Origin: the human T2T-CHM13v2.0 reference genome, Homo sapiens
Assembly: GCF_009914755.1 (NCBI RefSeq)
Contig: NC_060934.1
Direction: 5' to 3' (one strand)
Length of the DNA stretch: 64,000 nucleotides
Position numbers and translations under genes: made by a program. Every line of letters starts with the position of its first letter. Within the stretch, counting starts at the first letter, position 1. The notes below the pieces were generated by a model. It searched no databases. It saw nothing but the letters and a program-made list of their open reading frames with translations, and was not told where the DNA came from. Positions 41,936 to 59,925 of the stretch are shown here, piece after piece.

Positions 41936-42396
41936 TGCTGAGACCAGCTCAGTCATGGAGACCCCAACCCAGCAGTGCTAGAGGAATAAAGACACAGACA
42001 CAGAAGTAGAGTGCAAAGTGGTATTGGGGGGCTAACAGCCTTCAGAGCTGAGAGCCTCAAACAGAGTTTGACCCACCTATTTATTGACAGTAAGCCCATG
42101 ATAAACATCGTTTCTGCAGTTTATAGATTAACTAAAAGTATTCTTCAGAAGAACAAAGGGACAGGGTCTGGCTCTTTATCTGCAGCAGGAACATGTCCTT
42201 AAGGCATAGATCGCTCATGCCATTGTTTGTGGTTTAGGAACACCTTGAGTGGTTTTCCACCCTGGGTGGGCCAGGTGTTCCTTGTCCTCATTCCGGTAAA
42301 CCAGCAACCTCCAGCGTGAGCATCATAGCCATCATGAGCATGTCACAGTGCTGTGGAGATCTTGTTTATGACCAGTCTTGAGGACTGTTCCTTGCA
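41936..42396 (-). mobile_element. 3' LTR (MER9 family)
   Basis: Colinear with the 5' LTR (about 34 substitutions in 461 bp by manual count, no indels); preceded by the polypurine tract. Confidence 0.92.
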
Positions 42397-42411
42397 TGTC
42401 CCCCTTTTTGT
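42397..42411 (-). other. Polypurine tract
   Basis: Minus strand CAAAAAGGGGGACA directly before the 3' LTR. Confidence 0.85.
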
Positions 42412-44229
42412 TTTTGCACGGCAATAAAAACCAAGGCAGCTTTATAATGGTGAGCTACTTTACCCAGGAGTTGGGATTTGCATCTGCAGACTACACAAAG
42501 ACAAACAACACAGATTAATAGCACAACCATCACAGAAATCACAGAGCCTCCAAGTGTTTTTATCCATTTGGAAGGATTTATGGCTGCCCATCTTTCTGCA
42601 GCTCCTTTAAGCACTCCAGTTCCTGGCATTAAGGTCAGGTGTTCCTGGGATGCTTTAAATATTTGTTCTGTTAATTTTGCAATATCCAAAGACAAAGTTT
42701 GTAGAGTGTCCTTCTAGATGCTTTTTTATTTTTTTCTATTCATGCTCTGATTCATTATAAGGGTGAGGAGTGATACAAAAGTCAGAAGTATTCCAGTTGC
42801 ATTTTAGCTGCATTGTATATTCCAAACTAACTATCTCCTAGCCACATTACAGTTTGTGGGTGATCATTGATTTGATTAACTATCTTTTGGTCTATTTTAG
42901 TTTGAGAGTTCCACAGCATAGTAGAATTCTTTTGCCGTTTAGTTACAAAATCTGCTGTCTGCACTGATGAATGTAGCGCAACTCCAGCTGCTGCACCAGT
43001 AGGCTGTGACAGTGATCAGTCCCATAATAATTAAGATTAAAGTAGCAATGAAACACCGAGAGTGTCTCAGAATTTTCTGAAGAATTTCAGTAATAATATG
43101 TACAGAGGGAGAGGCTTCCCAAGGATGGGAAAACTTCACTGGTAACCATACTCCTTGAGCTCTCACTACTAGGATAGAATGATTAGTATTAGAGGTCACA
43201 CAAGAGAACGATCTACATTCCTGGCAAGTTACATAATAATTAGGGATGTCAACCTTTAGATTGCCCATTACCAACAGAAAAGGAGGGTGAACACAACTTT
43301 GTATCCAAATTGTATTGTTTTCAACAAGTTCTAAAATGTAATTAGGATTATATTGTGATGGCATAGTATATTTTCCTTCCTTAATCTTGATCTTATTAAG
43401 AGCCATTAATAGTTTCCACAAATCCTTGTTTAGCTCCTACAGCAGGCCATATCATTTGAGGTTGAGGTGCCACTATACTGCCATGTTTCCAGATAATAGG
43501 AACTCTTGCCGTACTTCTTATCATTTCTGCTATCTGATCGTTCTGTTCAGACAAGCTGAACATAGTGTGGCCATGGCACACAGACTGAGAGGTGCAGTTT
43601 ATGCTAAACATCTCCTTAGGGGACCAATCAATAATGATTCCATAGGAATCGTTGTGCAGCACCTCTGCCTATTCTGCAATGCAATCTTCCCAAACAAGTA
43701 CATTCATTTTTTCTGACCAGGTCCAATCTTGTTTACAAATAGGTTTTTGAGGGCGGTATGCCTCAATTACAGGAGCAGATTCATTATGGTAAGTGTGGAG
43801 ACCAGAAAGCATGTGTAACTGTGCCATAGAGTGATATGTCCAGGCATTATTGCCAGCCAAGATTGATAGCAAGGGGGTAGGCAACTAGTGTCCTTTCCCA
43901 AACAGATAGGCCGATGTTCAAATCCTAAAGAAATATTCATAACAGTTCCTTCTTCATGTGGGTGAGATGGGCCTTTATTATCTGTAGGACCGGGCAACCA
44001 AGAGCTATCGTTAGTGTATACCTCCAATGGGGGATCCAGCCAAGTTACAGGCTATAGAAGTGGTGGAAAAGGTAAATATGCCCCAATAGTAGAATTGTTC
44101 TCTGTGTCAGCCCTTGCTGAAGGAATACTCACGGCAATGCTGATCACCGCTATCATAGCTATCATTAAATTACTCATTGTGACTGGTTGTCCCGCCTTCC
44201 TCAGGTTCTTCGGGATCCTCCCAAAACCT

Positions 44230-44230
<1 letters not shown>
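42400..44230 (-). pseudogene. HML-3 env remnant
   Basis: Fragments [63 protein letters not shown] (fusion peptide), LDIAKLTEQIFKASQEHL and a TM anchor; multiple stops and frameshifts. Confidence 0.87.
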
Positions 44231-46799
<2,569 letters not shown>

Positions 46800-46810
<11 letters not shown>

Positions 46811-47620
46811 ATGGTATCCTAAACCTTGGTAAGAACTTTGTCTTTCTGCTTGAAGTGGTTCCTTCAAACCTTGCAAATTTTTTCCTAGTCCCATACCAGG
46901 GACATACCCCATTTCATGCATCATAGATTGACTTTGAGGGCTGTATAATTGCTCAGGAATTAAAACTTGTGCTCCCTATTGTTGTAATAAATCTCTCCCC
47001 CATAAATTTATAGGTTCAGAAGTTATAGTTGGTTGAATAGTCCCAGGTTGTCCATTGGGCCCTTCACAATGCAAAATATAACTACTTTGATATACTTCAG
47101 GGGCTTTACCAACTCCAACTATGTTAAATTGAGTGGGTTGAACTGGCCATGTGGATGGCCAGTGCTGTAGAGAAATGATTGAAATGTCTGCTCCTGTATC
47201 TACCAAACCTTTAAATTTCTTTCCCTGAATAGTTTTTTCACAGGTAGGATGTTTATCCGTAATTTGATTTACCCAGTAGGCGGTTTTCCCTTGTTTATTT
47301 GTACTGCAAAATCCCCCTGTTCTTTTAGTTTCACTTTTTCCTAGTCCCACATACAGTAAAATCAGAAGCTGCGCTATACACTCTCCCAGTTCTGCCTTCC
47401 AAGGAACAGAGGTAGATAAAATGATTTGAATTTCCCCATTACAATCCCAGTCAATCACTCCTGTATGAACCTGCACCCCTTTTAAATTTAAACTAGATCT
47501 TCCCAGAAGTAGTCCTACCGTTCCTTCTGGCAGGGGTCCGCAGGCTCCTGTTTCTACTTTCTGTGGCGGCTCTCCAGGCACACTCACAGCCCTGGTGCAA
47601 CACAGTCTACTGCAGCATTA
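46800..47620 (-). pseudogene. HML-3 pro remnant: dUTPase + aspartic protease (open 203 aa, 46976-47587)
   Basis: dUTPase motifs GRSSL, GVID, IAQLL, RTGGFCST; protease LVDTGAD and NLWGRDLL; premature stop before the G-patch region. Confidence 0.88.
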
Positions 47621-48818
47621 CTGGCTGTGGCGGGGGACAAGCATTGTATAGGGGTGAGGGAGTGGCCTGAACTGGGAATGCCCTGGTTTGGAACGGGGCC
47701 CAGGACGGGCCTCTCATGGCATTTCCCGAAATCGGGTTTCCGTCTTTATCAAATTTAGAATGACACTGATTGGACCAATGCTTTCCTTGTTTTTTTTTTT
47801 TTTTTTCGAGGCAGCCTCTTGCTCTGTCACCCAGGCTGGAGTGCAGTGGCACGATCTCAGTCACTGCAAGCTCCGCCTCCCGGGTTCACGCCATTTTCCA
47901 GCCTCAGCCTCCCGAGTAGCTGGGACTACAGGCGCCCGCCACCACGCCCAGCTATTTTTTTTGTATTTTTAGTAGAGACAGGGTTTCACTGTGTTAGCCA
48001 GGATGGTCTCAATCTCCTGACCTCGTGATCCGCCCGCCTCAGCCTCCTAAAGTGCTGGGATTACAGGTGTGAGCCACCGTGCCTGGCCCAATGCTTTCCT
48101 TTTTTACACTTCAGGCATAGACCTGGTTCATACTGATTGACAGCCTGTTTAAACTCTTCGAGTAATTTAGAGGGAAAAGGCTCAAATGTAGCCATAACAT
48201 TCCCCTGTTGATCTGGGGGGTATATCCTAACAGGGAACTGCCAAGCCTCTAAATCACCCTCTCTTCTAGCTTTCTGAATTCCTGCCTGAATAGAACTGAG
48301 GGTGGTTGCTCAGGGCGCTGTTCTAATAGCCACTGGGGTGACTACTTTTTGCCCAGTGTCCTCCGGAAAAGAAAGATCCAGAGGGTCAGGCCATTATCTT
48401 CAAGGTATTGAGGGGGTGCCAAGGGGCAGGGACAAGCTTCCCCTTCTTGGGTCTCTTTAAGTGGTTGACAGATCTGTTCTTTTATCTCTTCCGCAACATT
48501 ATCACACTCCTCTCCTTCATCTCCTTCCTCCTCATTGTCAGTGTGAAAAGGTTCCAAGGTGGAATGAATCAGAGCCCACACTGACCAGACAGTTACAGGA
48601 ATATCCTCAGCACTATCCTTATATGCCTTTTTGAGTGCACTGCCTACCTTCTTCCAGACCTCTACATCCATAGTTCCTCAGTTCGGAAACCAGGGACAAT
48701 ATTTCTCTACCGCACTAAAAAGCCGCATAAGGCGGCTAGTGCTAACCTTCACTCCTTTTCTGAGGAGCTGCTGAAGCAGACTCAAATAAGCCTCATGCCT
48801 GTTCGACCCTTGTCTTAT
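47607..48818 (-). pseudogene. HML-3 gag remnant (MA intact-looking; most of CA and the first zinc knuckle deleted; AluY inserted at ~47789-48088)
   Basis: MA-like ...MDVEVWKKVGSALKKAY...VWSVWALIHSTLEPF; then ...EEFKQAVNQYEPG directly fused to LCLKCKKGKH[Alu][15 protein letters not shown]; start codon mutated. Confidence 0.82.
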
Positions 48819-48939
48819 TTTTACCCTGATGCTTCTAAGCTCCCCTTTTTATTCACCACGGGGATTGCTTAAGAGTACTCGGGTGTCCTCCAGTGTAGTT
48901 CCACGTTCTCCAACCGTCGCTCTGGCGACCCTTCGATCC

Positions 48940-48967
48940 GGGTTCGAGCCCCAAGTTTGGGTGCTGC
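48940..48967 (-). other. Degenerate primer-binding site for tRNA-Lys(CUU)
   Basis: Plus strand gggttcgagccccaagtttgggtgctg resembles the tRNA-Lys(CTT) 3' end GGGTTCGAGCCCCACGTTGGGCGCCA. Confidence 0.8.
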
Positions 48968-48968
48968 T

Positions 48969-49429
48969 TGCTGAGACTAGCTTGGTTGTGGAGATCCCAA
49001 TCCAGCGGTGCTAGAGGAATAAAGACACAGACAGAGAAATAGAGTGCAAAGTGGGATCGGGGGGCTAACAGCCTTCAGAGCTGAGAGCCTCGAACAGAGT
49101 TTGACCCACCTATTTAATGGCAGTAAGCCCGAGATAAACATCGTTTCTGCAGTTTATAGATTAACTAAAACTATTCTTCACAAGAACAAAGGGACAGGCT
49201 CTGACTAGTTATCTGCAGCAGGAACATGTCCTTAAGGCACAGATCGCTCATGCCATTGTTTGTGGTTTAGGAACACCTTGAGCGGTTTTCCACCCTGGGT
49301 GGGCCAGGTGTTCCTTGCCCTCATTCTGGTAAACCAGCAACCTCCAGCGTGAGCATCATAGCCATCACGAGCATGTCACAGTGCTGCAGAGATCTTGTTT
49401 ATGGCCAGTCTTGGGGCCTGTTCCTAGCA
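48969..49429 (-). mobile_element. 5' LTR (MER9 family)
   Basis: Minus strand TGCTAGGAACAGGCCCCAAGACTGGCCATAAACAAGATCTCTGCAGCACTGTGACATG...CTCAGCA; followed by the PBS. Confidence 0.92.
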
Positions 49430-51300
49430 TAATCCCAGCTACTCAGGAGGCTGAGGCAGGAGAATCTCCTGAACCGAGGAGGCAGTTTGCATTCCAGCCT
49501 GGGCAACAAGAATGAAACTCCATCTCAAAAAAAGAAAAGTCAGAATTGGCCAAGAAATCCATCCATGTGCCTAACTGGTGCCCTACAGGAGAAACTTGAA
49601 GTACTAGTAATGACATGGAACAGGGTCTGATCAAGTTAATATCTTAATTTGGGAAGAAAAGTTAAAAAGCGCTGATATCAGTAGAAGAACTGACACGTGT
49701 CAAATCTATTCCAGGCATTTTCAGATTGTTTTCCCACAGTAACCTTTTAGCCAGATACTATTATTCATCTTGAAGAGCTGAGGTCACTAATTAATACTCA
49801 AAGAGGGTACACTGACAGTAAGTGGAAGTAGAGAATGTGAGCCCAGGTCTACCTGACCAACTCCACTATTCCTTTATTTATCCCGTGCTGCCTTAGTGGC
49901 CCAAGGCCCTATGAGGAACAGTCTGGCTCTTCTTCCTCGTGATGGTCCTGGCCCAGGCAGCCACAGACTTCCGGGAATAGCATTCAGGCTTGGGACCCAG
50001 GAATACTGAGTCCTAGTCCTACCAATTATGGCCTCATGATAGGTTAAGATTGTCTTAACCAACTGCTGCTCTTCCATGACAGTCAAAGCCCATTGAGTGT
50101 GAGGACTGTATCCTGTTTGCTCTTGTAACCTTTGTAACTGGTATATAGTAGATAATAAATATATGCTGGATAAGGAATGATTGAGGGACTGTGCTGTTAT
50201 AATATCAATTTACTCTGAGTGTCTGATGCTAAACAATGGTAGCCATTCGTTAAATGTTTATTAAATAGTACATATGAAGAAGGAGAATATATTTCCAGCT
50301 GATGGGATCAGAAAACTATCCATGATAGAGTCACTGAGCATTTTAGTTAGTCTTAAATGACAGGATTTTGAAACGCTGAGGTATGGGGAAGAGTGCTGTA
50401 GGTGGGGGATACAGGGACAAAGGGACAGGATATGGACAGATACTGACTATTCAGGGAGAGGCCAATCTGAATGGAGGGAAGTCACAGCTGAAGGTACAGT
50501 ACTTAGCTGAAGGGTAGTACAGTACTTAGGAAAAAGGAGTTTGCTGTCAAATATGATCAGGGAACATTGGGTTAAATAAACTAGGTAGTTGTTTGTTATA
50601 GAAGTTTTCAGAGCCTTTCACAATACCACTGTGGCTCCAAGCAGCATTTCTCAAACATTTGGCATGGGGACCCTTTTTCTTGTAGAGAGCATTTCATGGA
50701 ATGAATGTTCCACAGAACTCTTTTTGCGAAATGCTGATCTAGTTCAGTTCCCTGTGTATGGGCAAGGGAACTGAGACCCAAAGAAGAGAGGCAACTTACT
50801 CAGGGTCACAGAGCAGAATCTGGATTAGAACCCCAATACCCTGATCAGATTGCTTGGCCCCCAGTATAGGACTTGTTTGTAATGTGAGGATCATGAAAAT
50901 AGAAAGGACAGCTTTAAAAAAAAATCTAGGGAAACTTTAATTTTTTATTCAAACAACCACCTTTGTGCTGGACTTTTAAATTTTTATTTATTTTATTTTT
51001 TTCTTTCTCTCCTAACTTCCTAAACTTGTTAAGTTCTGGGCTTTTTACCCCCGTTTTGTACAGTGGTATTTTCTGTTAATCACCATGACTAGACCTGTTA
51101 GTCACTGTCATTGCCTTTGTGGCCTCCAGAATCTTGGGAAGAAGAGGCACCATAATCTGTTCCAGGTTTCCTGGAGGTCAAAAAAAGGATGTTCTCCTGC
51201 ATGACTATTTTTAGGGACATATAGGTACTACAGCAGTTTACAACCTGTGCCTCTCTTGCTATTTATATAGCTATTCCTTGCCCCCAACGCTTGTAACTGG

Positions 51301-51876
51301 TGTGGTAGGTAGAATGGTTCACCAAAGATGCCCATGTCCTAATACCTGGAACCTGTGAATATGTTACCTTACATGGCTAAAGAGACTTTTCAGGTGTAAT
51401 TAGGTTATGGACATTAAATTAGGGAGATTATTCTAGATTATCTGGGTGGATCCTGTCTAATCACAGGTACTCTTAAAAGCAGATAAATTTTCTCTGGCAA
51501 GAAGCAGAAGCAATGCAATGGAAGTGCACGTCAGAGAGTGTGGGCAGATTTAATTCTGTGTTTGAAGATGAAGGGGACAACATGACAGGAAATAGAGGTG
51601 ACTGAGAGAGGCTCCCATCTGACAGTCATCAAGGAAATAGTGACTGCCGTCCTCAGTCCTACAACCATAAGGAACTGATATCTGCCAAAAACCTAAATGA
51701 GAGTGAAAACATTCTACCCCCAGAGTCTCCTGATAAAGCCTAGGCTGGCCAGCACTTTGGTTTTGGCTCTGACACCCAGAGCTTCTGACCTATAGACTGT
51801 GAGATAATAAATTTGTGTTGTTTTAAGCCACTAAGTTTGCTGTAATTGATTTTGACAGCCATTGAAAACTAACACG
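51301..51876 (+). mobile_element. MaLR solo LTR (MLT1D/E-like)
   Basis: tgtggtagg...gtcctaatacctggaacctgtgaatatgttaccttacatggc...gagataataaatttgtgttgttttaagccactaagttt; 5-bp TSD actgg/actga. Confidence 0.8.
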
Positions 51877-53207
51877 ACTGAATAAAGTCATGAACATATC
51901 CAGGGTGGAAGCCTTGAAGGGAAAGAGTGTAGGAAAGGGCACTTCAGAGCCTAAGGGTTTTGGGCCAAATGTGGATTCGTTTTAGTATTATTCAAAAGCC
52001 AGCTGGTTTGAGTCATTCAGCTGGTTTGAGTCGGTCATTCCTGACTGAGGCTCCTTGTATCTCTATCCGCAGTGAGGGTGGTGGCCATGGGGGAAGGGAG
52101 CTAGAGGCTCAAAGGGCACCCCCGGGTGGGGCCACCTGTCTTCTTGGTGTATCAGTGTGCTGACAACCAAATTGTGGGGTCTGTTCCAGGCCCTCTGAGA
52201 CCCAACTGATAGTCAATATTAGTGAATATATCACCCGAAAAGGAGGCCACTAACTAAATTCTGGCAGGTTGAAGTGTGATAAGTAAAGAAGACATTACTA
52301 AGGACTCCTGCTGTTGAACAGCTCATCTTCCCAAGGGAAGCCTTTAGCTTTCCAGCAGAGGGTATTTCCCAGAAGGGAGCCATTTGTCTAGGAGTTAAAA
52401 ATAAACATTACCATGCTTGAGAAAGAATTCCAGCTTCCATGGCAGATAACCCGATTACCCTTAGATCTGCAGCCAGCTTCTGTCTTGGTACTCTTTTGTT
52501 TCTGAATGTGGAGGAAAGTTTTTGCATTCTTTTACTTTACTAAAATAAAAGGGAGATGTGGAGAGGGGCTTGGTTTACTGGCCTGGAACCTTTCTTCTTA
52601 TTGTTTCCATTTCATTTGATTTTCTGAACCTATTTGAAGTTGTAACACAATAGATCTAATTGTTTAAAGCCATCAAAGATTTGCACAGCATCTTATCTTT
52701 AATGAGGGGCATGTTGGTACAAATGCTTCAATTTTTCAAAGTTCAGGATTAATTTTAATGTTAAAAACATTTGGTGGAAATTCTGTACTGGATAAAAGAG
52801 CAGTTTAAAATCACGAAAGCTTCTTGGATTACTTTGAACAAAACATCCTTTTTTTTTAAATTAAACTTGAGTGTACCTGCAGGCTGTTTTATTTGCACGC
52901 TGTTGTCATCCCTAATGCGCATAGAAGATACCTTTCCCACAGTGTGATTCAATACAGGCGCCCAGAAAGATGGTCTCAGATTTCATGTGTCTGGGTAATT
53001 AGTTGAGTTAGAGCAGCTCTGTTAAACCACTTGAAGGTCAATAATGCATGAATTTCTGGCAGACTTCCTAGCTCTGAGTCCATAAACACACTTGCATAGG
53101 GACTAAATGTTCTTATAGTAGAGAAAAATTCGTGTTCTAAATATAAAATAAGTAATGCTAGGGATTAGTTTTTTCTTTTTCTTTTCTTTTTTTTTTTTTT
53201 TTTTTGA

Positions 53208-53556
<349 letters not shown>

Positions 53557-54048
53557 TAGGATGTGGGTGCTTTTTGAATTCTGAAAGAAAATCTTTCCTC
53601 TGTCTTGCAGATTAGTAGCACAGTCTTTCATGGGCCTTAAAATCAGATTCAAGCATCCTGATTTAAAATGTTAGAATTTAAATTCCAAGAGCAGACCCTC
53701 TTGGAATTGGTTTTGGTCTTTTAAAAGCATAAGATTAATGTAAAATAAGCGTAATTGTTCTTTTTTTTTTCCCCTTAACGGTACAGTTTTTATTAAAACT
53801 TTAATTTTGTCCCTGAGGTTTTACTGGAGTGCTCAGATATCAAAATAAACACTTTTTTTTTCTTTTTTAGAGACAAGGTCTTGCTCTGTCACCCAGGCTT
53901 CAGTGCAGTGCCATCATCATAGATCACTGCAGGCTTGAACTCCTAGGCTCAAGCAATCCTCCAAGCCTTGCCTGCCAAAATGTTGGGGTTGCAGGCATCA
54001 GCCACTGTGCCCAGCCACATTCAGATTTGATAAGGATTCTTTTACTTC

Positions 54049-55684
<1,636 letters not shown>

Positions 55685-56979
55685 CTTCAAGGGTGTTGTG
55701 AGTGGACAAGACAAACACAGAATTGGGCCAGGTGGATTGTAATGATTTTGTAATGATTCTCATTGTGGTGTGAGTATTCACACCTCCTGAAATGGCCGGG
55801 AAATGGATTTTTTTAGTCACTTGGTGACCCAGGGTCACAGGCTTTCTTTGTGTCTGGCTGGGTTTCCACTAAAATGCTTATGATACCAAAGCTCACCTTC
55901 AACTAATTTTTAGTTACCTTCAAGATGTGGAGTGAATGTACTATTTGAAGCCTGGCATTGTTGCCCTGTGTCAGACCTTCTCTCAGGGCGCAGGTCTTGT
56001 CAAGGTCCACATCCCTCGGCTTGTGATCCTCACGCCCCCCAACCTGGGGGAAAATCACTTCACTGGGTAGGCCCATGTGCTGACGCCAACTCTCCCTCTT
56101 ACAAGAGTGCAAAGTTTAGGCTTATTTTCATTTTGCTAATGTTTCCCAGTGATCATCTGTAACTGGAAGATTTTAGGAGTCCACAGGGCCCCTGGTTGAA
56201 GATCTTTCCAGTACCACAGTTCTTGGGAGTGTTCACTGGCTCCACTACAGCTACCCTGCTGGGTCTGGCAGGAAGGCAATCTTGAGATGTTTCTATTTGT
56301 CATGGGTGCACCTCTTGATATTCTACATTGGGGTATGAGTATTCACACCTCCTGAATTGGCCAGGAAGTGGCTCTTTGAGCCCCTTGTTTTTCTGATAGA
56401 AAACAGCCAGGATAGGATATTCTAGAGGCCTTCTTCTTCAGGCTTATGGAAGGGGCCTTTGTGTCCTTACATAAAGAAACCACTTCTTTTTCCTCAGAAC
56501 TTTGATGAGGTCTTGGGTTGCACTGGAACAATATTGTTGAGCTATTGTCACCAACTCCAAGAGCAAGTCACACTTTCCCAGGGGCCTGCTCCTATTGGCC
56601 AGGGGCTTTCTAGGCCACTGTCATTAGGCACCAGGGAGCAGAGACTGATTGCTTGGGGTTGTATGAATCCACGTCCATCCTACAGGAGGCTGATTCTAAC
56701 ATTGTCTGCTACAAGGGCCTGCTCTAGACTTCACTGGATGAAAAGCTTTTGATAGTGAAGAGCTCAGTATTTTCATTTGTGAATTGGGCATCCACATGCT
56801 ACATTTAATTTGCTTTGCACTTTTTTTCCTCAAATGAGTGGACTTGTAAAAGAATAATTTTTAAACTCCTCATACTTTGCTTTTATCATTACTTTTGACT
56901 TTTTTTTTTTGTGGCGGTGAGGAGTGGGGGTTGCTTTCTGGTCTTTACCAGAATATATATATATATATATATATTCTGA

Positions 56980-57102
<123 letters not shown>

Positions 57103-57105
57103 TAG

Positions 57106-57327
<222 letters not shown>

Positions 57328-58659
57328 TAATTAACAACAACAAACCTTTTCAGAAAGTGTAGCAGGCACAAATAACCTCAGCTCTATGGTTCTACTTTGT
57401 TGTTATTTTTTGTGAAACCAGTCTTTCAGCCTAAACACTTTTTTCATTTCTGAGGCACCAAAGAGCACAAGACTGTGTAAACAGAGAACGCTGTTGTCAA
57501 CTGTTTATGCTCTGGCTCAAAGTCTCTCCTTAGCCTTCTGAGCCCCGCTAAGCTCAAGGGTCAAAAGTCCACAGCTGGCCTCGACTGAAGAGTGCTCTTC
57601 AGTTTACTCCCTCATAGTTGAGGACAGACCCAAAGGTCTGGCCTTCTCTTATTGTGGAATCTGGTTACATCTATAAGTGGGATCTTCTGCATAGAAAGTT
57701 AATTTTTGGTGAAAAACTCTAAGAGATGCATTCCAAAAAGCAAAGGAGTGCAAAAGTCACTGAAACAGACCATAACTGAAGCTCGAAAATGATCCCCATG
57801 TCTGTCATAAGTGTTCCCGTGTCAGGGTGCACTCAGCTTTCCTGCACAAAGGAAACTCGATGATTTGTGCACCTGAAGGATGTATCTTAGCAACGGCTGT
57901 GAAGGAACTGTACTGAGAAACTTTCTCTAGGCTTTGTCTAGAGGAGCTCCACAGCAGAGGCGAATAGCAATTAACGGTGTCCTCTAAAGTGAAGTTTACA
58001 TTTAGTTGTATTAATTTTAAGGGGGGAAAAAAGGCAATTAGTCTTCCTAGTTGATAGTAGATTTGTTCACTCTTTTAAAATACCCATCCCCATGTCATAG
58101 TAGGAATTATGAATAAATTTTTTAAGAGTATCTTTGGATTTGGCAAACAGTGTTAGGGTTGTTTTAAAAAGGTGGGGTTTGAAAAATGTAAGAAAAAAGT
58201 TGTGTTTCATACATTTCTCCTTGGTAATTAAAAGTAGTGCTTTTTGAAAAATCAAGTTTTTGCTCTTATTTTGAAGTAATTATAGATTCACAGGAGGTTG
58301 CAAACAAAGATACAGGAAGCCCTTTGCACCTCTCTCCCAGCCCCATGAAAATCTATCTTGACTATTAGTTTTCTTATGAAAAGACGAAACAAACCTAAGG
58401 ATTGAACTAGAAAATGGGCTGCTTCAGTTCTAGCCCAAAGGCATAGTGGAGACAGCCCTACTATGTTTTCCAGTGCACAGAAATGGGCAGCCACCTGCAG
58501 GCGGGCACAGCAGGGACACCAGATGACATGCTGATTTTCTCTCTTTCAGTGTTCTCCCCCACCCCACCTCCAAGTTCACAGTGCCTGGTTTTAAGAAAAG
58601 GTGAAGTGAGGCTCAAATGGGTATTATGTGGCTAAGGAAAGCCTTCAGGCTTTGCCCTC

Positions 58660-58910
58660 TATATCTAGCCCTTGTCTTTCAAGGAAGGGAAACTTTTCCC
58701 CCCTCTTTTAAAATTAAGGGCCTCTAATCCTCTAGGTTTTATGGCTGGATTTGGAGAAAGGGGGTTCTGGTTTCTATGACCTGCCTTGGGGAAGAAGGAT
58801 TCTTGTTTCTATGGCTGTCCTTAGAAACAAGATAGGAGGATAGGAAAAGGCCAGAAAAAACCTCTTGCTTCTGAGGCCTTCATTATGGAGTATTACTTTC
58901 TGAGTTCCAA
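58660..58910 (-). mobile_element. ERV1 LTR fragment (MER31/MER67-like)
   Basis: ttctggtttctatgacctgccttggggaagaaggattc ... ttgcttctgaggccttcatt; family assigned from memory of the consensus. Confidence 0.5.
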
Positions 58911-59769
58911 GTGCAGTGGGGATGGGTAATCAATTCAAGATCACAGGAAAAGATGTTTTTAGGGAGGTAGGGAAGAGAGATATAAAAGCTTAAAGCCACT
59001 TATTTTAACTAAGCACATACAGTTATATCAAAGAAGCATAAAAATATTTAAAATTGTACTTTAATTTCACATTTTGTCTGGTTGAGTGGGGAGATGAAAG
59101 CCAAGAAAGTAAAACTCAGATGAGGAAGGAAAAAAGAAAAGAGGGAGTGAGGATAGAGGCTTGTTACCCTCAGTTCAGAAGTTGAGTTTCAAGGAGGATT
59201 TTGAGTTTTAGGTAAATTAATGCCCCGCTTGGACAGATTTTCAGGACATCATCTATCGCCACTCTTTGAAATGCTAATTAATTGATTAGCCATTCATCCT
59301 AGCTTTTCAGAGTGGTATAGGCCTCTGAGAATCACCCAGTGGGATAGCCACAGCCACACCTAGAGGAGATCATTCCCAGGCTGCAGAAGCAGACAGCAAT
59401 TCTACCTTGTGATGTGACCTTCCAAGGCCAGATAGAGAAGCTTAAGCAAACAAGGGAACAATGGAAAGTATAACAGCAAACTGCTTATGATTTCCTTGTT
59501 GAAGTCCTTTATCTTCATGCAGATACAATAAGAATACAGTACTGGCCACTTACCAGCTCTGGGCTTCAACCCTTCACACCTGGCCCCTCAACAACCAGTA
59601 CAATGTACTGCTTTCTCTACTGTCACTGGGAGAGTTTAACTGCAGAGCATAATCAAGCTTTCTTAATTCTTTAGCTTCCTTCTGGCTATACTTGACTCCC
59701 CATTCAGCCCCAGGATCATGTTTGTTAAATGGTTAGCTACTTTAACATTGCTGTCATTAACACCCTAAC

Positions 59770-59925
59770 CCTCTACCAGTCCAAAGAGTAGTACTCAGAC
59801 CTGCAGTGTGAACATCTCTGGGAGGTTGTTAGAAGTGCAGGATCAGGGGCTCTGAATCAGAATCCACGTTAGCAAGATCTACTGGTGATCCTCATATGCA
59901 CATTAAAGTTTTAGAGGCATGGGCT
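59770..59925. mobile_element. MER5A-like hAT-Charlie DNA transposon fossil
   Basis: ttgttagaagtgcag ... tgaatcagaatc ... gcacattaaagttttagaggca. Confidence 0.65.

Noticed and set aside
48940-49005. tRNA-like sequence (gggttcgagcccc)
   Set aside because: It is the retroviral PBS and adjacent U5, not a cloverleaf tRNA gene
55824-55838. GTGACCcagGGTCAC palindrome resembling an estrogen response element
   Set aside because: Half-sites are everted relative to a true ERE (GGTCAnnnTGACC); a single short motif is expected by chance
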